A stretch of 25,072 nt of DNA from IMG/VR virus record IMGVR_UViG_3300033067_000818, positions 1 through 25,072 of that record. One strand, 5' to 3'. The stretch is from a virus (taxonomy: Duplodnaviria; Caudoviricetes). Each line of letters starts with the position of its first letter. Position 1 is the first letter of the stretch. Made by a program: the position numbers and the translations under genes. This document shows, piece by piece, positions 17,517-25,072 of the stretch. The notes beneath the pieces were generated by a model. That model was not told where the DNA came from. It searched no databases and worked only from the letters and a program-made list of their open reading frames with translations.

Positions 17517-17664
17517 GGTGGTGCCCCGTATCGCCGGGGCCACGCGCCGAACGGATCGCCCGCTCGAACCGCGGGAGCCTTACGCAGGCTGCCAAGCGGG
17601 GGCCGTATCGCCGGCCCCAAACGCGTCCCACCATAGGAGCCCCAGCGGACTAGCCGCCGAGCCT
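17517..17664 (-). ncRNA. Putative structured cis-regulatory RNA with two hairpins sharing a CCG-GCGAUA-CGG cap
   Basis: GGGGCCG-GCGATA-CGGCCCC (17599-17618) and GCCCCG-GCGATA-CGGGGC (17523-17540), plus AGCCT-GCGTA-AGGCT and CCCGC-GGTTCGA-GCGGG hairpins in a 160-bp gap. Confidence 0.45.
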
Positions 17665-18747
17665 TTAGTGTCCGGTGACTTGCGCCGTCAGGACGTCGAA
17701 CGGGCGATCGAGCTTCACGCCGCCGTACACGCCGGCGACGATGTCGAAGAACGGATTCCCCGGGCCGCCCTTGGTGCCCGGCGCGATGTGATCATCGACC
17801 ACGAGGAACTTGCCCGTACCCGGTTGATCGATCGTGCCAGTCGCGAGGTTTTGGCCCATGACGAACTCGCCGAGCACGTCGCCGCCGGGCAGCTCCGTCT
17901 CGAAGAAGATCAAGCCGTCCGGGATGTGGTACACGCCATCGCTGACGGTGATCTTGCCGTTGACGACGCTCTCGGTGCGGTACCAGCCGTTGTACACGGT
18001 GACCTTCGGCGTGCCCGGGATCATGAACTGGAGCGCCTTGTTGATGTCCAGCTCGCCCATGATGTTGTAACCAGCGTACTTCAGCTCGCCCTTCACGTTG
18101 GTGTTGTCCAGGAAGAAGCGAGCCGTGTTCGGGTTCATCACGGCGCCGGTGATCTTGTACTTGCGGAACGGCGCGTAGCCGCCCGAAGTCCAATAGCGCC
18201 AGTCGAGCAGCGGATCGGCGCTGTTGTTGGCGCTCGTGCCGTTCGTCGACCAGTCTTGGCCAACGGGCACCGCGCGGTTGCCGCTCGGGATGCCGAACGA
18301 AACCGACTTGCCCATGAACGAATAGCCGCCGTTGAAGAGCGCCTGCCAGCGCTCGTACTCCATGCGCACTTCGAGCCGCTGATTGAGGCGCATCACGCCG
18401 CGGTCGATGTACTGACGGATGCCGCGCTGCGAGCGGTCATTCTTGCCGAGCTCGCGAAGATACAGGATCTTCGGCTCGTCGAAGTGCAGCGCTTCCTTGT
18501 ACGCGGGCGGCTCGAACTCGAACGCCCGGTTTCCGGCTTGCGCGATGTACTTCGGCTCGGTGCCAACCATGTGCTCGTTGGTCATGCCGCCCGTCGCTTC
18601 GAGGATCTCGACGCGGATTTTGCGGGCAGGCACCGCCACAGGGGGCAGATACTTCTGCCCGATGTAGGTGCTCGGGTCGACTTCGATTTCCTGCACGAGC
18701 TTTTGCAGGATCTCGGTGTGCTCGTTCGTGATAAATTCGTTTGCCAT
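17665..18747 (-). CDS. Major capsid protein, lambda gpE-like family (HK97 fold)
   Basis: 360 aa; FEPPAYKE, RLEVRMEYERWQALFNG, VSFGIP, W...ADPLLD, AVMNPNT, YHIPDG motifs; follows decoration gene. Confidence 0.92.
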   Translation of the reverse strand: MANEFITNEHTEILQKLVQEIEVDPSTYIGQKYLPPVAVPARKIRVEILEATGGMTNEHMVGTEPKYIAQAGNRAFEFEPPAYKEALHFDEPKILYLRELGKNDRSQRGIRQYIDRGVMRLNQRLEVRMEYERWQALFNGGYSFMGKSVSFGIPSGNRAVPVGQDWSTNGTSANNSADPLLDWRYWTSGGYAPFRKYKITGAVMNPNTARFFLDNTNVKGELKYAGYNIMGELDINKALQFMIPGTPKVTVYNGWYRTESVVNGKITVSDGVYHIPDGLIFFETELPGGDVLGEFVMGQNLATGTIDQPGTGKFLVVDDHIAPGTKGGPGNPFFDIVAGVYGGVKLDRPFDVLTAQVTGH

Positions 18748-18777
18748 TTTCGTTTCGTGTCCTTTCGCCGATGTGGG

Positions 18778-19173
18778 TTAGAAGCTGAAAATCACCGTGC
18801 CATCGGCTTCGGTGTACGTGCGGCCGCCAACGTCCGTTTTGCCGTTGGCGTCCATGCCCGTGAGGGCGGCGTTGTAGAGCTCGCCGTGGACGATGCCCAC
18901 CGCGAGCTTGGTGCCGCTCGATTCCAGATCGGTCACCGCATCAGCGAGCACGCAAACGGCGGTGTTGACGCCGCTGCCACCCGCGTCGTCGTACTTCTTG
19001 TACAGACCGTCCGCGGGGTCGCGCGCGAGCACTTGCCCCTGCGGATAGCCTGCGCTGTTGTACCCGAGGCGCACAGGCATCGTGACGAGCCGGCTCATCG
19101 ATTTTGCGATGAGTTGCGGAAAGTCCTTGCGGAAGATCTCGGGCTTGAAATTCACATCACCGGGGGTTGCCAT
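18778..19173 (-). CDS. Head decoration protein, lambda gpD-like
   Basis: YPQGQVLARDPADGLYKKYD...GVNTAVCVLAD...IVHGELYNAAL; between scaffold and capsid genes. Confidence 0.85.
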   Translation of the reverse strand: MATPGDVNFKPEIFRKDFPQLIAKSMSRLVTMPVRLGYNSAGYPQGQVLARDPADGLYKKYDDAGGSGVNTAVCVLADAVTDLESSGTKLAVGIVHGELYNAALTGMDANGKTDVGGRTYTEADGTVIFSF

Positions 19174-19205
19174 TCTCTCGTTTTCCTTTCTTCGGTGTTC
19201 TGCGC

Positions 19206-20132
19206 TTAAGCGCCGAGCACTTCCGTTACGGCCGTTTGGTATTCACTGAGGCGCGTGCCGAGCTCTTCGACGCGCGCAGAGAGCGTTGCCATGTGCTGAT
19301 CGGCGTCTGGCATCGCGATGCCTTCGGCCGTGAAGTGCATGAAGTCCCGAAGGTACTTGCACTTCGCCATGAGGTCTTGGACGTTGCCGCTCTTGGCCGC
19401 GTCTTCGATGTCCACGACCATCTTGCCGAGCTTCTCGACCGTGAGCGCGAGCTCCTCGGTTTTATCGGTCTTCTGCGTTGTCTCGCTCGCGAGCTTCACC
19501 GGCGCGGCCGCAGGCGTGGCGAGTTTCGCCTTGTCGCCCTTGGTCTTTCCGCGCGTCATGTTCGCGCGCGTCTCTTCCTCGAGCGCGGCCAGGCGAGCCG
19601 ACTTGGCGTCAGCCTGAACCGTGGTGAGGTCGACAGCGGCGACGCTGCCGAGCTGACCCGTGTGGATCACGGGCTGGCGCGCTTCGTAGGACGAAAGCAC
19701 CGCCTCGATCGTTTCCTTCGAGCCCGCGGCGAGCTTGATCACGTCGATCTTCTTGCGCTCGGCCGGCGTGATCTTCGCCGCCGACTGCAGCTTGGCGAGA
19801 CGCACGCTGATGTTGCCGGCCGTCGCCGCAAGGCGCGCCTGCGTGAGCGACTCGCCCGCCGCAGTGCCGAGCTTCGTGAGCTTGTCTTTGCCGGCGGCGA
19901 GACGGGTCACGGTCGCGGCGTTCGCGGCGTGCAGCTCGTCCTGCTCTTTCTTTTTCTTCTCGTCCTCTTCGGCCGCGAGCTTCGCTTTCTTCTCTTCGTC
20001 CTCGGCCGCTGCGAGCTCAGACTTTTTCTCGTCGTCGCTCATCTTGGACAGCTTGTCGTCAGCGTCTTTCTCGCTGAGGTTTTGCTTGTCCATGAGTCGC
20101 TTTTTCAGGGCTTTGAGCTGCTCTTCGTTCAT
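19206..20132 (-). CDS. Nested in-frame scaffolding protein (Mu gpZ / lambda Nu3-like, 308 aa)
   Basis: GGAG (20141-20144) 8 nt before in-frame ATG 20132 (Met172), at the protease/coiled-coil boundary. Confidence 0.65.
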   Translation of the reverse strand: MNEEQLKALKKRLMDKQNLSEKDADDKLSKMSDDEKKSELAAAEDEEKKAKLAAEEDEKKKKEQDELHAANAATVTRLAAGKDKLTKLGTAAGESLTQARLAATAGNISVRLAKLQSAAKITPAERKKIDVIKLAAGSKETIEAVLSSYEARQPVIHTGQLGSVAAVDLTTVQADAKSARLAALEEETRANMTRGKTKGDKAKLATPAAAPVKLASETTQKTDKTEELALTVEKLGKMVVDIEDAAKSGNVQDLMAKCKYLRDFMHFTAEGIAMPDADQHMATLSARVEELGTRLSEYQTAVTEVLGA

Positions 20133-20645
20133 TCGGATCGCTCCATTGGTGAGCAGCGACGCCTTTGCCGCTGCAGGGAAAGGCGTGACCGTCAGCTCGG
20201 TCAAAACGCCTGCGTCGAAGTCTGCGCCAACGGACAGGTGACACCACCGTCCATCACGCGCCTTCTCTGCGTTCTCTGCGCCGAGGAAACGGCAAGCGCC
20301 GAACAAACCAAGCCGTTCGGTGCCGTCGATGACGACCGGCGCAAGTTCGAGGTCGACGGGCAGCACGCGGCCGATCGTGACCGTCGCGCTTGTCGAGTGA
20401 TCGAGCTGCAGCGGCGGCAGCAGGCGTGGAACAAAGTCGCCTTCGTTCCGCGCGAGCGCCATGCGTGCGTTGTGGTTCGTGGCGAGACGCTGCAGCATCT
20501 CGGCGGTGACGGTTACCTCACCGTCCATGCTGTTGAAGGTTCCCGTGTAAACGAGCAGCGCGCGCTTATCGAGCGACGAGCCGTCATCGGCCGCCGCAAG
20601 GTGCGTCGCTTCTAGGTGCCCGCCTTTGAGTCGCGTCAACTTCAT
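19206..20645 (-). CDS. Prohead protease-scaffold fusion (Mu gpI-like architecture)
   Basis: N-terminal protease-like domain (GTFNSMDG, PLQLDH, GRWCHLSVG, ELTVTPFPA) followed by charged coiled coil and AAKITPAER. Confidence 0.85.
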   Translation of the reverse strand: MKLTRLKGGHLEATHLAAADDGSSLDKRALLVYTGTFNSMDGEVTVTAEMLQRLATNHNARMALARNEGDFVPRLLPPLQLDHSTSATVTIGRVLPVDLELAPVVIDGTERLGLFGACRFLGAENAEKARDGRWCHLSVGADFDAGVLTELTVTPFPAAAKASLLTNGAIRMNEEQLKALKKRLMDKQNLSEKDADDKLSKMSDDEKKSELAAAEDEEKKAKLAAEEDEKKKKEQDELHAANAATVTRLAAGKDKLTKLGTAAGESLTQARLAATAGNISVRLAKLQSAAKITPAERKKIDVIKLAAGSKETIEAVLSSYEARQPVIHTGQLGSVAAVDLTTVQADAKSARLAALEEETRANMTRGKTKGDKAKLATPAAAPVKLASETTQKTDKTEELALTVEKLGKMVVDIEDAAKSGNVQDLMAKCKYLRDFMHFTAEGIAMPDADQHMATLSARVEELGTRLSEYQTAVTEVLGA

Positions 20646-20809
20646 TGGCAGGTGTCATTGTTTGCCTGCCGCGTTGTCGATTCGCTTGCGCTCTCTCGAC
20701 AAGGCGCAAGGTGTCACGATGCGTGCGCGCGTGTAAAGAAAACGGAACCTGTCAAGAGGTTTCGCGCGCGGTCTACCTAGTGCATTCTTGGGCCATTCTT
20801 TGGCCGTAA
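20646..20809 (-). promoter_or_regulatory. Probable regulated late promoter / leader for the head-tail genes
   Basis: 164-bp gap with TTGACA (20750-20755) inside an AACCT/AGGTT inverted repeat, direct repeats and leader hairpins; no canonical -10 at 17 bp. Confidence 0.45.
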
Positions 20810-21738
<929 letters not shown>

Positions 21739-21748
<10 letters not shown>

Positions 21749-22266
21749 GGGGCAAGGTACCCTAGGCGGGTGAATCCGGGGATGTTGCCGAGCACGCGCT
21801 GCTTTTGCCACACGCCATCGCCGTCGCGTTGGTTCACCGCTCCCGTGTTTCCTTCGACGGTGCGTAGCGACACGCCGCCCGTTGGCTCCATGAAAACACC
21901 GGTGATGATGCCGCAGTGCCCTTGCATCTTGTTCGAGTCGTGTTGCCACACAACGATGCAGCCCGGCGTCGGAACTAGACGGCGCTGCGCCTTCGGCGTC
22001 GACTCCCACAGGCCGATCGTCCACTCGGTGCCAAAGAGCACGTTGTGCGAGCTCGGCGGGTAAGTGACGAGCGCGCGGTCAAAGAGCTCGTCGATCTGCT
22101 TCACGCAGTGCTGAACGAAGCACACACACCAAGGCTCGCCGCTCGCCACGCCGTCGACTGCGCGTTGGAACTTCTCGATCATAGCACCGCCGTTCGTCTT
22201 CGTTTCGGTCACGCCAACGAACTGCTCGGCGAGCCATGCTAGCGCGCCCTCTTTCGGGTTGATCAT
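21739..22266 (-). CDS. CHAP-domain peptidoglycan hydrolase (endolysin candidate)
   Basis: GEPWCVCFV (catalytic Cys), PTPGCIVVW, GHCGII (catalytic His), TVEGNT. Confidence 0.88.
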
Positions 22267-22505
22267 GTCTGTCCCTTTGTCGTTTCGTCGAGCTCATCGG
22301 GCATGCCCCGCAGCTGCTCGAGCTGTTCATCCGTCATCAGATTGCCGGCGTCTATCTGCTCGTTGATGATCTCGCCGAGCAGGCGCGCCACGTTGTTGAA
22401 GTCGACGGTTTCGCCGGCGCGGCGCAGCACGTGCAGACGATCGATCAGCGTTTCGGCCACGATGCCAACAAGCTGCTCAGGCGTTGGCTCTCGGCGATCA
22501 CTCAC
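22263..22505 (-). CDS. Acidic hypothetical protein (80 aa)
   Basis: GTGA and ATGA overlaps with both neighbours; no motif recognised. Confidence 0.65.
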   Translation of the reverse strand: MSDRREPTPEQLVGIVAETLIDRLHVLRRAGETVDFNNVARLLGEIINEQIDAGNLMTDEQLEQLRGMPDELDETTKGQT

Positions 22506-22807
22506 CCGTGCATGCCCATCTTGGTCTCCAAGATCGTTTGCCGGCGATCGATGTCGCGCACGATCTCGCCCATCGCTTTGAACTGCTCGACGGTGACCTG
22601 CGATTTGACCGCAGCCTCCACCGAGTCAAAGCGAGCTTTGTAGCGAATGGCATCGCGCCGCACGAACGCCCACACGAGCGAGAGAAGCGCGCACGCGATG
22701 ACGACGAGCGAGCCCTTAGGCAGCGATTCTAGGATCGATGACTCGCCGATCCCGGCCATCGTGATCGTGGAAAGAAACGCTGCGAATGAACCCTGAGAAC
22801 CGTCCAT
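22502..22807 (-). CDS. Small membrane protein, holin-like
   Basis: One clear hydrophobic helix SLVVIACALLSLVWAFV followed by RR and a coiled coil; two genes upstream of the CHAP hydrolase; start uncertain. Confidence 0.55.
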   Translation of the reverse strand: MDGSQGSFAAFLSTITMAGIGESSILESLPKGSLVVIACALLSLVWAFVRRDAIRYKARFDSVEAAVKSQVTVEQFKAMGEIVRDIDRRQTILETKMGMHG

Positions 22808-22855
22808 GCGCAGACAGTGCCAGCGAGGCGCGGCTTTCGTCTAGTTTTGCGAGGC

Positions 22856-25072
22856 TTAGCGGATCAACGTGGCTTGCAAGTCGTAGGCATCGAAGCGCAC
22901 GATCTTCGATCCCGTGCCCGCACCGCTCGACCACTTGCCGAGGATTGGCGAGACGCTTTGGCCGTTTCCGCTCGGCACGTTGCTCGTGATCTGTGCGCCG
23001 AGCGACGTGTAAGCGCCGGTGTCGACCGCATAGTAGCAATTCACTTTTGTGCCGTCCGGCGACATCACCCACTTGAGCCGCCACCAATGGCCCGCTGTCA
23101 TCGCTGCGCCGGCGCCGCCGCTCGTCGTGCTCGTGGAGCTCGCCGCAGTCGCCTTGCATTGCCATTGGCCGCTATTGGTGCCGCTTGTGTACTGAAAATA
23201 GATCCCGTTGGTTTGCGTCGCCGAGCTGACGACGTTCCCGAGCCCGACAATAATCGTGTACGTGTTCGTGCTGTCGCTCAGCGCGTCGACGTAAACAGTC
23301 GCTTCCATCTGCCAGCCGTCAACGGTCGCGCCCATCGCCATGCCGCCGGTGTCGTAATAAATCGCCCCGCGGCCGCTCGCGCTCGTGCCGTTGACGATCA
23401 CCTGTCCAACGTGGCTCGCGTCGCTGCCCGTCGTGCTGCCCGTGGTGATCGTGTCGGTTGCCGTCGACGTCGCCCAGCCGTTGAAGCCTGCAGCGCTGTT
23501 GGCGATCCACTCTTCGTGAAGCCTAAAGCGCGTGATGTCATCGGCGGGGATGTAGCGGCAATTCCACGTGCTCGCGCTCTCGGCGTAGCAGTCGAACGAC
23601 GAGTTGATCGGCACGCTCACCGCAGCATCAGCGGCAAGGCATGGCCCGCCCGGATTGTGCAGCGAGCAGATCGAATCGCCAGTGCCAGGGAAAAGCGCCG
23701 CGTATGCTGCGCCCTTGTTGACGACCATGCAGCGATCGCCGGCCGTTGGCGTGGCAGGCAGGATCACCGAGTCGCCAGCCGTTGCGACCGTTCCGAGCAC
23801 TGCCATGTAGCTCGTTCCCGAGCTCGTGCAGATTGCCGTCGCGCTGCCGCTGCCGCCGCCGGCGTGCGCAGTGATGCTCGTGGTCACGGTGAGCCCGCCG
23901 CCGCTGCCTGCGGGGCCCGTGGGGCCAGTTGGGCCGGTCGTGCCTGTGCCCGTTGGGCCAGTCGGACCGGCCGGGCCCGTGTTGCCAGTCGCACCCGTGG
24001 GGCCGGTCGGACCGGCTGTGCCGCAAGATTTGTAGGTCTGATCGCCGTACAAGCACGTGGTGCTATTCGCCGTGCCGCTGCCGAGTCGCGCGGTGGCCAT
24101 AGTGCCGCTCTGGATCGACGCAGCGTCCAAGCCGCCGAACGCGAGCACGTTGCTTTCAAGCCGCAGCACGTCGTGTGCGCTCGCTGCGCTGATGTCTGCG
24201 ACGTTACCACCAGTGTTCGCCGAGCGACCGATCACGCTCGTCGCGCCACCGGTGCGCAGCTTGGCGTCAGTGACAACGTTCGTGTCGATGGTCCACACGG
24301 TGCCGCTTGAGCTGACGACTACGTCGCCCTTGTCGCCGTCGCTGATGCCTGGCCCGGTTGCGCCCGTTGCGCCCGTTGCGCCCGTTGCGCCCGTGGGCCC
24401 AGTTGGCCCTTGCGGGCCCGTGTTGCCCGTTGCGCCTGCGCTGCCCGTGTTACCGGTTGCGCCCGCGGGGCCAGTGTTGCCCGTCGCACCTGTGACGCCG
24501 GTAGGTCCGGTGATGCCCTGCGGTCCCTGTGGACCGGTGTTGCCGGTGTTACCCGCCGAACCCGTCGCTCCCGTTGGACCGGTGATGCCTTGCGGCCCCT
24601 GCGGTCCGGTCGCACCGGTGTTGCCGGTAGCGCCAGCGCTGCCCGTGTTTCCGGTCGCGCCGGTTGCTCCCGTTGGGCCAGTCGGACCGGTGAGTCCGGT
24701 GTTACCAGCCGAGCCCGTTGCGCCAGTCGCACCGGTTGCGCCTGCAGTGCCTTGCGGGCCGGTGTTTCCGGTCGCACCCGTGACGCCAGTCGGACCCGTG
24801 ATGCCTTGTGGTCCCTGTGGTCCCTGTGGTCCCTGCGGCCCCGTGGCGCCCGTAGCGCCTGCCGATCCTGCGCTGCCTGTGGCACCCGTCGCGCCGGTTG
24901 CTCCCGTGGCGCCTGCAGTGCCGGCCGAGCCCGTCGCACCCGTGGGGCCAGCGGCACCCGTGGGGCCGGTAGGTCCAGTCGGACCAGCGGGCCCCGTGCC
25001 ACCGCTGCCGCCGCTCGCTCCGCCCGTTGCAACGGTCCACCATTGGCCGTTGCGGCGTTTCAGGATCAACGT
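22856..25072 (-). CDS. Collagen-like (Gly-X-Thr rich) fibre protein with phage fibre repeats and C-terminal lectin-like beta-sandwich; 5'-truncated
   Basis: Frame open to window edge; about 74 contiguous GXY triplets, then GDKGDVVV and [11 protein letters not shown] fibre motifs, a second short GXY tract and two globular domains. Confidence 0.88.
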   Translation of the reverse strand, partial: TLILKRRNGQWWTVATGGASGGSGGTGPAGPTGPTGPTGAAGPTGATGSAGTAGATGATGATGATGSAGSAGATGATGPQGPQGPQGPQGITGPTGVTGATGNTGPQGTAGATGATGATGSAGNTGLTGPTGPTGATGATGNTGSAGATGNTGATGPQGPQGITGPTGATGSAGNTGNTGPQGPQGITGPTGVTGATGNTGPAGATGNTGSAGATGNTGPQGPTGPTGATGATGATGATGPGISDGDKGDVVVSSSGTVWTIDTNVVTDAKLRTGGATSVIGRSANTGGNVADISAASAHDVLRLESNVLAFGGLDAASIQSGTMATARLGSGTANSTTCLYGDQTYKSCGTAGPTGPTGATGNTGPAGPTGPTGTGTTGPTGPTGPAGSGGGLTVTTSITAHAGGGSGSATAICTSSGTSYMAVLGTVATAGDSVILPATPTAGDRCMVVNKGAAYAALFPGTGDSICSLHNPGGPCLAADAAVSVPINSSFDCYAESASTWNCRYIPADDITRFRLHEEWIANSAAGFNGWATSTATDTITTGSTTGSDASHVGQVIVNGTSASGRGAIYYDTGGMAMGATVDGWQMEATVYVDALSDSTNTYTIIVGLGNVVSSATQTNGIYFQYTSGTNSGQWQCKATAASSTSTTSGGAGAAMTAGHWWRLKWVMSPDGTKVNCYYAVDTGAYTSLGAQITSNVPSGNGQSVSPILGKWSSGAGTGSKIVRFDAYDLQATLIR
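23900..24022 (-). repeat. Second, short collagen tract with one register interruption
   Basis: [41 protein letters not shown]. Confidence 0.85.
24347..25012 (-). repeat. Collagen Gly-X-Y coding repeat, including perfect 9-bp tandem units
   Basis: About 74 triplets by hand count; GCGCCCGTT x3 near 24360-24386 and TGTGGTCCC x3 near 24807-24833. Confidence 0.95.

Noticed and set aside
17555-17580. tRNA suggested by a GGTTCGA loop
   Set aside because: No cloverleaf, D-arm or acceptor stem can be built around it.
21749-22024. ORF-track N-terminal extensions (gpF from 22024; also hub 9934, 17543, 3265, 1774)
   Set aside because: They overlap upstream genes or structured gaps; downstream ATGs have SD sequences or stop-start coupling.
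24347-25012. CRISPR array or DGR template repeat
   Set aside because: Repeats have 9-bp coding periodicity without unique spacers; no cas or reverse transcriptase gene in the window.

Overview
The whole window is one minus-strand, largely translationally coupled late operon of a GC-rich contractile-tailed phage or prophage. No integrase, transposase, terminase or portal is visible, so its lifestyle cannot be determined. In transcription order (right to left) it begins with a 5'-truncated Thr-rich collagen-like fibre protein, a holin-like protein, a CHAP peptidoglycan hydrolase, a Mu gpF-like head protein and a prohead protease with a nested scaffold start. Next come a lambda D-like decoration protein, a lambda E-like major capsid protein, Mu-like neck proteins, sheath, tube, a tail assembly chaperone with a clear -1 frameshift signal, tape measure, Mu-like baseplate genes, a LamG-like protein and a tail fibre. 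With no visible terminator the operon continues into a VioA/AntC-like sugar aminotransferase, a FabG-like ketoreductase and an AntD/VioB-like N-acyltransferase. Best candidate novel system (inference): a phage-encoded N-acyl-viosamine (anthrose-like) pathway, possibly glycosylating the phage's own Gly-X-Thr collagen fibre. All family assignments come from motif recognition by eye, not database searches.
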